Shown here: positions 55,805 to 64,000 of the stretch, one piece after another | Numbering within the stretch: position 1 is the stretch's first letter | How the letters are laid out: every line of letters begins with the position of its first letter | Source: Candidatus Moraniibacteriota bacterium | GTDB taxonomy: Bacteria; Patescibacteriota; Minisyncoccia; Moranbacterales; UBA1568 | DNA length: 64,000 nt | Assembly: GCA_052034935.1 (NCBI GenBank) | Contig: JBPOIB010000008.1 | Coordinates: forward strand, 2,511-66,510 | Reading direction: 5' to 3' | The notes under the pieces: generated by a model | What the model was told of the DNA's origin: nothing | The model's input: the letters and a program-made list of their open reading frames with translations, nothing else | Databases searched by the model: none | Position numbers and translations under genes: made by a program

Positions 55805-56527
55805 ATGGCAACACTCATTTTTGATATCGAGACGGTCGGGGAGGATTTCTTGGCACTCGATGAGACGACGAAAGAGTCGCTCACTCGCTGGATCAAGCGT
55901 GAGAGCGGTGATGAGGCCGAGTATGCAGCTGCCTTGAAGGATCTTGAAGACGGTCTTGGCTTCTCACCTTTGACTGGACAGATCGTCGCAATCGGCGTCC
56001 TTGATGCTGAACGGATGAAATCGGCCGTCTATTATCAGCCGGCCGGCGAGGATGATACGGATTTTGAAGAGGGATCAGCGAAGTTCGAGGCATTGTCTGA
56101 AAAAGCGATGCTGGAGAAATTTTGGGAAATCGCGACCAAATACGATACCTTTGTGACGTTCAATGGCCGCGGCTTCGACGTGCCGTTTCTCATGGTGCGC
56201 TCGGCGATTCATGGCGTGAAGCCGACGAAGAATCTCCTCGCCAATCGCTATCTGCAGTATCAGCCGTACAATGCCAAACATGTCGACCTTCTTGATCAGC
56301 TGTCGTTTTACGGAGCGCTTCGGCGCAAGGGGAGTCTCCATCTCTGGACGCGGGCGTTCGGAATCGAGAGCCCGAAAGCGCAGGGTGTGACCGGGGACGA
56401 TGTTCGCGGACTTTTCAAGGAAGGAAAGTTCAAGGAAATCGCCCGTTACAATGCCCGTGACCTCGTCGCGACTCTCGAGCTCTATCGGCGTTACGAGTCG
56501 TACTTCACTTTTGAATCACATGATTAG
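55805..56527 (+). CDS. PolB-type 3'-5' exonuclease / RNase H-like protein
   Basis: FDIET, TFNGRGFDVPFL, YNARD (DEDDy-type). Confidence 0.85.
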   Translation: MATLIFDIETVGEDFLALDETTKESLTRWIKRESGDEAEYAAALKDLEDGLGFSPLTGQIVAIGVLDAERMKSAVYYQPAGEDDTDFEEGSAKFEALSEKAMLEKFWEIATKYDTFVTFNGRGFDVPFLMVRSAIHGVKPTKNLLANRYLQYQPYNAKHVDLLDQLSFYGALRRKGSLHLWTRAFGIESPKAQGVTGDDVRGLFKEGKFKEIARYNARDLVATLELYRRYESYFTFESHD

Positions 56528-56675
56528 CTAGACTGTAGTATTCCTACTCTATCGTCAGAGGCTACCCAGATAGTGGTGGAGCTTCTATAATTCTTACAAT
56601 TGTGTCAGGATATATTGTCTCAAATACCGGTTCGTTTCTGGCGGCACCCGAATGATCAATGGCTCAAATACCTCC

Positions 56676-57749
56676 ATGGATATCCAAACAACACTCAAGG
56701 CGTTCAAAGAGGAACTCGATCCAAAGATCGGGGCGTATTTCGACCGGATGCTAGCTGAAGCCAAGAAGGAAGATGACCTTGTCCATGAGGCTCTCGGCCA
56801 CGTCAAAACCATGACGCTTTCGGGGGGCAAACGCCTGCGGCCCGCCTTCATGTATTATGGTTACCTCGCCGCCGGCGGAACCGACCGCGAACGGCTGCTC
56901 GAGACCTCGATTGCGGTCGAGCTTATCCATATGTTCCTGCTCATTCATGATGACATCATCGACCGCGACACATTGCGGCATGGCGAACCGACCTTGCATG
57001 AGCGGTACCGGGCCTGGGGTAAACGGTATCTCAGCCTCGATGATCCGGCTCATTTCGGTGACTCGATTGCACTTATCGTTGGCGACATGCTCTTCGCGAT
57101 GGGCAATGACATCATTTTCAATTCCGGGTTTCCCGAGAAAAACGTTTTTGCGGCGTTGTCCCGGATGCAGAAAATTGTCTCGCATACGGTCGTCGGGCAG
57201 GCGCGCGATATCTACATTGAGTATCGCGGTGAGGCGACATCGGAAGAAGTTCTCGGTATGTATGAAAAGAAAACAGCTCGCTATACTATCGAGGGCCCGC
57301 TTCATCTCGGCGTGCTCTTGGCCGGCGGGGATCCGGCGCTGACGACCGCACTTTCGAGCTACGCGCTTCCGATTGGCATCGCCTTCCAGATCCAGGACGA
57401 TATCCTTGGCATCTATGGCGACGAAGAACGGATCGGAAAGCCAGTTGGTTCCGATATCCGTGAAGGCAAGATTACTATTCTCGTCGCACACGTGCTCGAA
57501 TCTGCCGACCAGAAAACGAAAAAGGAAATGACTTCTCTCCTGAAACGCGGGGCGGATCTCACGCTCGTAGAAATCGAGCGCTTCCGAGAAATCATCCGCG
57601 AGACGGGTGCACTTGCCGCGGCCAAAGCCCGGGCCTTGAGGCATATTGCCGAGGGCAAACAGGCGCTCGCGGCTATTCCCGCAATCGCTCCCGAAGCCCG
57701 GAAATTTCTCGAGGGTATTGCCGATTATATGGAAAGACGCGATTATTGA
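56676..57749 (+). CDS. trans-polyprenyl diphosphate synthase
   Basis: GGKRLRP, LIHDDIID, KTARY, FQIQDDIL, GSDIREGK. Confidence 0.93.
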   Translation: MDIQTTLKAFKEELDPKIGAYFDRMLAEAKKEDDLVHEALGHVKTMTLSGGKRLRPAFMYYGYLAAGGTDRERLLETSIAVELIHMFLLIHDDIIDRDTLRHGEPTLHERYRAWGKRYLSLDDPAHFGDSIALIVGDMLFAMGNDIIFNSGFPEKNVFAALSRMQKIVSHTVVGQARDIYIEYRGEATSEEVLGMYEKKTARYTIEGPLHLGVLLAGGDPALTTALSSYALPIGIAFQIQDDILGIYGDEERIGKPVGSDIREGKITILVAHVLESADQKTKKEMTSLLKRGADLTLVEIERFREIIRETGALAAAKARALRHIAEGKQALAAIPAIAPEARKFLEGIADYMERRDY

Positions 57750-57753
57750 TATT

Positions 57754-58482
57754 ATGTCGACTCTTCTCGAATCCATCATTCCCGAAAAGCTGCCGCAGCA
57801 CGTGGCAATCATTCCTGACGGCAACCGTCGCTGGGCGGCTGACCATGACCAGGAGCCGTGGGAGGGTCACCTTGCCGGTGCTGAGCGGATGGAGGAAATC
57901 GTCCGAGAGGGACGGAAGATCGGCATCCGCGAAGTCTCATTCTGGGGCTCGTCGCTTGAGAATCTCTCCAAGCGGCCGCTTCGCGAGAAACAGGAATTGC
58001 TCCGAATCTACGAGACGTATTTCGAGAAGCTCATGGCAGACGAAGATGTTTTCCGAGACCGGGTGCGGATCCGCTGTATCGGCCACTGGGAAGAGCAGTT
58101 TCCAGAAAAATTGAAACAGGTGCTCCAGAAAGGGATCGCAGCGACCAAGGATCATGACCAGTACTTCCTGAATTTTTTTCTCGCCTACAGTGGCGATGAC
58201 GATATGCTCCGTGCGGTTCAGAAAATCGCCGGTGAAGGGCTGGCACCAGGCATGGTGACGGAGGAAGTCATCAAACGACATCTGATGACGGAGGAGATTC
58301 CCGCTGTCGACCTCCTCATCCGGACCGGTGATGACCCGCATCTCTCGGCCGGATTCATGATGTGGGAGACCAAGGACTCCCAGCTCTACTTCCCGAACTG
58401 CCACTTCCCGGATTTCGATGCGGCCGGTTTTCGGGCAGCCATCGAGGAGTATCTTGATCGCGACCGGCGGTATGGGAAATAG
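57754..58482 (+). CDS. uppS: undecaprenyl diphosphate synthase
   Basis: HVAIIPDGNRRWA, VDLLIRTG. Confidence 0.93.
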   Translation: MSTLLESIIPEKLPQHVAIIPDGNRRWAADHDQEPWEGHLAGAERMEEIVREGRKIGIREVSFWGSSLENLSKRPLREKQELLRIYETYFEKLMADEDVFRDRVRIRCIGHWEEQFPEKLKQVLQKGIAATKDHDQYFLNFFLAYSGDDDMLRAVQKIAGEGLAPGMVTEEVIKRHLMTEEIPAVDLLIRTGDDPHLSAGFMMWETKDSQLYFPNCHFPDFDAAGFRAAIEEYLDRDRRYGK

Positions 58483-58729
58483 ACCGAAAGAGCCGGAAAA
58501 ACAGTGTTCGGAGCCGGAGTTTCGGCTCGGTCGCGGAGGGTCGGATTTGGGGCTTGTTGACAACATTTCTGCTTTCTATTACACTGTGAGCACATTTGAA
58601 AAGTGCATACAGCTCCCGTGAGAGAGGGTATACTGACGCGATGCAAGACTGAGGAACGCACGAATTATACGCACCACTCTCTTTTTGTGTTGGCAAAGTA
58701 ACCCCCTTGCTGGAACTGGTGTGCAATAT

Positions 58730-58951
58730 ATGGGAAATAATAAAGAACTCATCCGTTTTGATGGAGAGGTGATCGAAAGCCTCCCCAGCACAACCTTCAA
58801 AGTCCGTCTCGATAACGGGCATGAAGTGCTCGCCCACATTTCGGGCAAGATGCGGGTGCACTATATCCGACTCCTCCCAGGGGACCGGGTCACAGTGGAC
58901 ATGAGTCCCTATGATCTGACCAAGGGACGGATCGTCCAGCGTCTGAAATAA
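58730..58951 (+). CDS. infA: translation initiation factor IF-1
   Basis: [23 protein letters not shown]. Confidence 0.97.
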   Translation: MGNNKELIRFDGEVIESLPSTTFKVRLDNGHEVLAHISGKMRVHYIRLLPGDRVTVDMSPYDLTKGRIVQRLK

Positions 58952-58954
58952 GCT

Positions 58955-59068
58955 ATGAAAGTCCGCGCTTCCGTAAAAAAAATCTGTGCTCATTGCAAGA
59001 CCGTGACTCGCCGCCGGGTGATTCGCGTCATCTGCAAGAACCCGAAGCACAAGCAGCGTCAAGGATAA
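58955..59068 (+). CDS. rpmJ: 50S ribosomal protein L36, absent from the ORF track
   Basis: [37 protein letters not shown]. Confidence 0.97.
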   Translation: MKVRASVKKICAHCKTVTRRRVIRVICKNPKHKQRQG

Positions 59069-59077
59069 AAGCCACCT

Positions 59078-59467
59078 ATGCTCCGTATTTCCAGCATCAA
59101 CCTGCCCGATAACAAGCGCATCGAAATCGCGCTGACCTATATCTATGGCATCGGCCGTCCGATGAGCCGTAAGATTCTTGAATCTCTGAATATCGACATC
59201 GATACCCGGACCAAGGACCTCTCCGAAAAAGACGCTAACCGCCTTCGTGAAACGATTGAGAAAGAGCATCGCGTCGAAGGTGAACTCCGCCACCTCGTGA
59301 AGATGAATATCAAGCGGCTCAAGGAAATTGGTTCCTACCGCGGTATCCGCCACGCTAAGGGTCTTCCAACCCGCGGCCAGCGAACGAAAACCAACACCCG
59401 GACGGTCCGTGGCAATGTGCGCAAGACAATGGGGAGCGGCCGCAAGAAATCAGATAGCAAGACCTAA
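59078..59467 (+). CDS. rpsM: 30S ribosomal protein S13
   Basis: IALTYIYGIG, YRGIRH, RGQRTKTN. Confidence 0.97.
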   Translation: MLRISSINLPDNKRIEIALTYIYGIGRPMSRKILESLNIDIDTRTKDLSEKDANRLRETIEKEHRVEGELRHLVKMNIKRLKEIGSYRGIRHAKGLPTRGQRTKTNTRTVRGNVRKTMGSGRKKSDSKT

Positions 59468-59475
59468 GGAAATTT

Positions 59476-59919
59476 ATGGCAGAAGAGCTCACAACTGAAG
59501 AAGAAGTGAAAGTGGATGCGCCGGTCGCCGAAGAGGCGGATGCGAAGAAGCGCGTCAAAAAGGTCAAGCGTTTGATCCAGAAGGGTCGAGCGAGTATCCA
59601 GTGCACCTACAACAACACGATTGTCACGCTCACGGATATGAATGGCGGAGCACTTGCCTGGTCGAGCGCCGGCCATCTCGGCTTCAAGGGGGCGAAGAAA
59701 TCGACCCCGTACGCCGCGACCCAGGTCGTCGCCGAAGTCTCCGAGAAAGTGAAGAAATACGGTCTCCAGGAACTCGAGGTGTATGTGAAGGGAGTCGGGA
59801 GCGGCCGCGAAGCCTGTATCCGCGCCCTCGCCAACAACGGTTTCGAACTTGTTTCCATCAAAGACATCACCCCAATTCCGCACAACGGCTGCCGCCCGCG
59901 CCGCCCGCGCCGCATCTAA
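59476..59919 (+). CDS. rpsK: 30S ribosomal protein S11
   Basis: NNTIVT, KSTPYAA, PHNGCRP. Confidence 0.97.
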   Translation: MAEELTTEEEVKVDAPVAEEADAKKRVKKVKRLIQKGRASIQCTYNNTIVTLTDMNGGALAWSSAGHLGFKGAKKSTPYAATQVVAEVSEKVKKYGLQELEVYVKGVGSGREACIRALANNGFELVSIKDITPIPHNGCRPRRPRRI

Positions 59920-59934
59920 ACCCACGCGAACTTT

Positions 59935-60567
59935 ATGGCTAAGAATCTCGACTCCAAATGCAAACTCTGCCGACGTGCCGGCGAAAAGCTCTTCCTGAAG
60001 GGTGATCGTTGCTTGTCGCCGAAATGCGCCATGGTTCGTCGTCCGTATGCCCCGGGCGTTCATGGCCAGAACCCGTCTCGCGGTCGGAGTGAATTCGGAC
60101 GTCAGCTTTCGATGAAGCAGAAAATCAAGCGCCTTTACGGAGTGCTCGAGCGTCAGTTCCGCCACCATTTTGAAGAAAGTAAACTCCGCCAGGGGGCGAC
60201 CGGTGATCTCCTCCTTCAGCGCCTCGAATGCCGTCTCGATAACGTCGTCTACCGTCTCGGTTTCGCTTCGTCTCGGACCGCTGCCCGACAGCTCGTTGCC
60301 CACAAATTCTTCACCGTTAACGGCAAGCGCATGAATATCGCTTCCTACGAGGCGAAAATCGGCGACGTCATTGCGCTCAAGGCAAGCAAGGAAGAAAAGA
60401 CCCTGACGAAGAACCGGATTGAAATACTGAAGAACAAGAAGGATGTGCCGCACTGGCTCGTACTTGATGCTGACAAGCTCGAAGGCAAAGTCCTCGCCCT
60501 TCCGTCTCGCGAAGATGTCGGCATCTCTGTCGATGCGCAGATGGTCGTCGAGTATTATTCGAAGTAA
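59935..60567 (+). CDS. rpsD: 30S ribosomal protein S4
   Basis: CKLCRR, LECRLDNVVYR, VVEYYS. Confidence 0.97.
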   Translation: MAKNLDSKCKLCRRAGEKLFLKGDRCLSPKCAMVRRPYAPGVHGQNPSRGRSEFGRQLSMKQKIKRLYGVLERQFRHHFEESKLRQGATGDLLLQRLECRLDNVVYRLGFASSRTAARQLVAHKFFTVNGKRMNIASYEAKIGDVIALKASKEEKTLTKNRIEILKNKKDVPHWLVLDADKLEGKVLALPSREDVGISVDAQMVVEYYSK

Positions 60568-60618
60568 TTCTCTCAACTGGTAACCACTTCGTCCGCTTCT
60601 TAAGCAGACGCCAAACCT

Positions 60619-61392
60619 ATGCAAAACATCACCGCCCCACAAGCACCAGCCTATACCGAACTCGCCTCGAACCATGGTCGGATCGAGATCGGTGGCTGTT
60701 ATCCTGGTTACGGCGCGACTCTCGGCAATGCGCTCCGGCGCGTGCTTTTGTCGTCTCTTCCAGGCGCTGCGGCTCGTTCCATCAAGCTCAAGGGTGTATC
60801 CCACGAGTTCTCGACGATTCCGGGCGTGATGGAGGATGTCGTCCAGGTTATTCTCAATATGAAACAGGTGCGCTTCCGCTCGCATTCCGAAGAACCGGTA
60901 ACGGTGACGCTGAAGGCAAAAGGCGAAGGCGTAGTAACTGCTTCCTCGATCAAGTGCCCGAGCTCTGTCGAAGTTGTGAACGGCGATCAGATCATCGCGA
61001 CACTTTCCGACAAGAAGGCCGAATTCGAGATGGACATCATCATCGACCGCGGCCTCGGCTATGTGCCGGTGGAGACTCGCGAGGAGGAAGAACGCGAGAT
61101 CGGTGAGATCGCGATCGATGCCATCTACACCCCGATCAAGCGCGTGAACTTCGAAGTCGAAAACATGCGTGTCGGCAAGCGGACGGATTATGATAAGATC
61201 ACGCTTGAAATCGTGACCGATGGCACCCTGTCGCCGATGGCCGCATTCGAACAGGCCGTCGCCATCCTCGTTGCTCAGTTCTCGGTCCTTTCGACTGGTG
61301 CGGCTGCGGAAGAGGTGGGGGTTGAAGAAGCGGAAAAGAAACCGGCCAAAAAAGCGAAGAAAGAAGCCACTCCTGAAGTGGAGACCGAATAA
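60619..61392 (+). CDS. rpoA: RNA polymerase alpha subunit lacking the alpha-CTD
   Basis: GYGATLGNALRRVLLS, HEFSTIPGV, DAIYTP; ends at 257 aa in a low-complexity tail. Confidence 0.95.
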   Translation: MQNITAPQAPAYTELASNHGRIEIGGCYPGYGATLGNALRRVLLSSLPGAAARSIKLKGVSHEFSTIPGVMEDVVQVILNMKQVRFRSHSEEPVTVTLKAKGEGVVTASSIKCPSSVEVVNGDQIIATLSDKKAEFEMDIIIDRGLGYVPVETREEEEREIGEIAIDAIYTPIKRVNFEVENMRVGKRTDYDKITLEIVTDGTLSPMAAFEQAVAILVAQFSVLSTGAAAEEVGVEEAEKKPAKKAKKEATPEVETE

Positions 61393-61418
61393 TCGAACTA
61401 CTCAGTAATTCTAGGGAT

Positions 61419-61784
61419 ATGCAGCATCGGAACAAAGGTCGAATCCTCAGTCGCAAAGCGGGCCCGCGCCGCGCGCTCATGAAGACTATGCTTGGCAGTC
61501 TTATCATGCGTGAAAAAATTACCACGACTCTCGCCAAAGCGCGTGAGCTGAAGAATCATATCGACCAGCTTGTAAACAAGGGAAAGCGTGCCGAGGCAGA
61601 CAAGGATCGTCGGCAGGCTGAGCTTCGGCTTCTCCGGCAGAAACTTTCCCTCGAAGCAACCAAAAAAATCTCGAGCGATTTCGTGAAGCGCTTTGAGACC
61701 CGTAAGAGCGGTTATACCCGGATTACCAAGCTTGAGCGTCGCCAGGGTGACGGTGCTGAAATGGCGGTCATCGAATTTGTCTAA
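61419..61784 (+). CDS. rplQ: 50S ribosomal protein L17
   Basis: ITTTLAKA, GYTRI, GDGAEMAVIE. Confidence 0.96.
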   Translation: MQHRNKGRILSRKAGPRRALMKTMLGSLIMREKITTTLAKARELKNHIDQLVNKGKRAEADKDRRQAELRLLRQKLSLEATKKISSDFVKRFETRKSGYTRITKLERRQGDGAEMAVIEFV

Positions 61785-61789
61785 GTCCT

Positions 61790-62218
61790 ATGAAGAACAC
61801 TGAAACGACTGTTAAGGAGAGGAAGGGAGTTGTCCGTGCGACGCATCTTTTCGACGCGCAGGGACAGGTACTCGGCCGGCTTGCGACCGAGATTGTGAAA
61901 GTCCTTTCCGGCAAGGGGAAGACGACCTTCGCGCCTCATATCGATGCGGGTGACATTGTTATCGTCACTAATACTGATGGTATCGAAGTGACTGGCAACA
62001 AGCGTCAGGACAAGATGTATCATCGCTTTTCTGGCTACCCGGGCGGCATCACCTCGATCTCATTCAAGGATCAGCGCGAGAAGGATTCTACGAAGCTTAT
62101 CTGGCAGGCGGTCTATGGTATGCTTCCGAAGAATTCGCTGCGAGCGCGGATGCTCACTCGGCTGCGCCTCTTCAAGGACGGTGAGTATGGCAACCGGAAG
62201 ATTGATGTGACCCACTAA
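61790..62218 (+). CDS. rplM: 50S ribosomal protein L13
   Basis: LGRLAT, SGYPGG, GMLPKN. Confidence 0.96.
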   Translation: MKNTETTVKERKGVVRATHLFDAQGQVLGRLATEIVKVLSGKGKTTFAPHIDAGDIVIVTNTDGIEVTGNKRQDKMYHRFSGYPGGITSISFKDQREKDSTKLIWQAVYGMLPKNSLRARMLTRLRLFKDGEYGNRKIDVTH

Positions 62219-62232
62219 ATTTTAGAAACGTT

Positions 62233-62694
62233 ATGGCGACTGCGACCAAGAAAACTGTTGTGAAGGAAACGACCAAGAAGACTGCTTCTCCGGATGGCCG
62301 CTATGTCTATGCGGTCGGTCGCCGCAAAACAGCGGTTGCTCAGGTCCGTTATTTCGCTGATGCCAAGTCCGACGTACTCGAGATTGTCGTCAACAATCGT
62401 CCGTACAGTGAATACTTCAATACTTTCGAGCAGCGCGAAGCCTGTGTCGCTCCGCTCAAAGTTGTCGGCAAGTCCGAAGCAGCCAAGATCTCTGTGCTCG
62501 TCCAGGGCGGTGGTCTCGCGGGACAGGCGGACGCGGTAAAGCTCGGCATCGCTCGCGCCCTCGTCGAGCACGATGCGCTCGTCCGACCAGCTCTGAAGGC
62601 TGAAAAGCTCCTCACTCGCGATGCGCGTGCCGTGGAGCGCAAGAAGCCGGGTCTCAAGAAGGCTCGTCGCGCACCACAGTGGGCCAAGCGCTAA
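62233..62694 (+). CDS. rpsI: 30S ribosomal protein S9
   Basis: GRRKTAVA, GGGLAGQA, ERKKPGLKKARRAPQWAKR. Confidence 0.97.
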   Translation: MATATKKTVVKETTKKTASPDGRYVYAVGRRKTAVAQVRYFADAKSDVLEIVVNNRPYSEYFNTFEQREACVAPLKVVGKSEAAKISVLVQGGGLAGQADAVKLGIARALVEHDALVRPALKAEKLLTRDARAVERKKPGLKKARRAPQWAKR

Positions 62695-62713
62695 AGACTT
62701 TATCTCAAGCATC

Positions 62714-62740
62714 AAAAACCCCGGTTGTCCGGGGTTTTTT
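62714..62740. terminator. bidirectional terminator
   Basis: AAAAACCCCGG-ttgt-CCGGGGTTTTTT. Confidence 0.85.
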
Positions 62741-62760
62741 CTTTAATGAATGAAGAGAGG

Positions 62761-63999
62761 CTATTCGCTGAAGAGACCTTGCGGTTCGGGGAAGACGAAA
62801 GAGGAAATATCAGTGTTCGGGGCGACGATGAAGAGGCGGTTTTCCGGGAAGAAGGTGAGAATCTGGCTCGGTGTCTCGGGGAAGCCCTTCAGATCGCTGA
62901 TGGCACGGCCACTTCGGCCGTCGAGTTCGATGAGCTTGAGGGAATTGCCCCGCGTGAAGAGGACATGCTCGTAGTCTTCGGTCCAGCCGACATTGCTGAC
63001 CGGGTCGGAGAAGCGGGCAATCTGGAGGATATCATCTTCGGCCCGCCGCGGCTGCACTTCCCAGGCCCGGGCAAAGTAGACATTGATTTCATTCGCGCTC
63101 GCGAAGAGGAGTTTCTTTCCGTCATTCGAGAACTGGAAGCGGTCGATATTCTTGCCGATTTCCCGGAATGGGTAGGTTTTTGCCCCGCTCTGATTGTAGA
63201 AAAAGAGCCGTTTCTTTTCTCCTCGCTCGAGGAGGGTGATGCGGTTCTCGTCGTAGACATCGAGAACATAGGCGCTTTCACCGAGTGCGACTTCGAGACC
63301 GGGAGCGACCGCAGTGCGACTCTCGCCTGTCCCATTATTCTTGAACCGGTTGATAGTGGCGCCCTCGGTCGCAGCGGTATAAATGAAGTCATTTGTCACA
63401 TCGTAAGCGAGGATATTCTCCGCCAGGAGGATCGGCACTCGGCTGCTGCCAGTTGTATTGAAACGGTAGAGTGATCGGCTCGCGAGAAAGAGTAGTTCTT
63501 CGCCGGTCGTTGCGTTCCAGCGCACACTCGAAGCCTCCAGGCCGGGCGCGATATCGGCGAGCTTTTCGACAGTGCCGTCAGCAATCGTCACGATGTAGTA
63601 GGAGCGGGTCCCGCCTTCGAGGAGGGGAATGAGGATTTTCCGCCCGCTGGGCGACCACTCAAAATTTTCGGCCAGGTCGAAGTCGAAAGCTGCCGCTGGT
63701 CGTGAGAAAACCTCGCGGCCGGACTGCTTCTGCCGATCATAGATGACGACGCTCGTTGCGCCTTCGCGGGTCTTAGCGAGCGCGAAGAGTTCGTTATCGG
63801 GATGCGGATAGATGCGCTCGGTGCCGCCGGTATTCGGAAGTGCGACGCTCGGGTAGTCATCGCGGGTCAGGATGATATTCCAGTATTCCGTCGAGATCCC
63901 GCTTTGGACAACCGTATTCTTGGTCCATGACCGGTAGCCGGGAGCGGAGAGGGTGAGCCGGTGTTCGCCAGGTATGAGGCCGGTGATGTGGACGGTGTT
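62761..63999 (-). CDS. PEGA-domain / beta-propeller surface protein, 5'-truncated by the window edge
   Basis: frame reads GLIPGEHRLTLSAPGYRSWTK (PEGA-like) near the window end; WSPSG and FSNDGKKLL propeller motifs. Confidence 0.8.
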   Translation of the reverse strand, partial: NTVHITGLIPGEHRLTLSAPGYRSWTKNTVVQSGISTEYWNIILTRDDYPSVALPNTGGTERIYPHPDNELFALAKTREGATSVVIYDRQKQSGREVFSRPAAAFDFDLAENFEWSPSGRKILIPLLEGGTRSYYIVTIADGTVEKLADIAPGLEASSVRWNATTGEELLFLASRSLYRFNTTGSSRVPILLAENILAYDVTNDFIYTAATEGATINRFKNNGTGESRTAVAPGLEVALGESAYVLDVYDENRITLLERGEKKRLFFYNQSGAKTYPFREIGKNIDRFQFSNDGKKLLFASANEINVYFARAWEVQPRRAEDDILQIARFSDPVSNVGWTEDYEHVLFTRGNSLKLIELDGRSGRAISDLKGFPETPSQILTFFPENRLFIVAPNTDISSFVFPEPQGLFSE

Positions 64000-64000
64000 G

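Noticed and set aside
58355-60885. Long antisense ORFs (58355..59353 and 59464..60885, and similar ones opposite mreB, ndk, the ParB-like gene and the prenyl synthase)
   Set aside because: They mirror well-conserved sense genes, have no recognisable motifs, and are explained by codon bias of the sense strand.

Overview
A chromosomal segment that most likely comes from a Patescibacteria/CPR (Parcubacteria-type) bacterium using genetic code 11. The taxonomic call is inferred from gene content: a DUF5663-like gene beside a VirD4-like ATPase, split ComEC, short EF-Ts, an RNA polymerase alpha with no C-terminal domain, and many genes lacking Shine-Dalgarno (SD) sites. Most of the window is housekeeping: nrdR, comEC, ndk, galT-tpiA-fba-gap, murD, murA-mreB, glycosyltransferases, holB, rmuC, prfA/prmC, rpsB-tsf, six tRNAs, a class II photolyase, prenyl synthases and the infA-rpoA-rpsI cluster. 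Most striking is a set of SD-led cassettes, often followed by their own terminator, encoding proteins that make little sense in a cell presumed to lack flagella and an outer membrane. These are two orphan proteobacterial-type CheY genes sharing a near-identical terminator, and an OmpA-like beta-barrel protein inserted in a tRNA cluster. The same window holds a VirD4-like coupling ATPase preceded by two giant repeat proteins. Together they suggest, as a hypothesis only, a host-directed effector repertoire. Other notable items are an orphan ParB paired with an HhH-GPD glycosylase, an unannotated 32-aa histone-H1-like microprotein, a D-aminoacylase that has lost its catalytic residues, a repeated tRNA-linked structured element and several candidate RNA leaders. 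No database searches were run; family calls come from recognised motifs.
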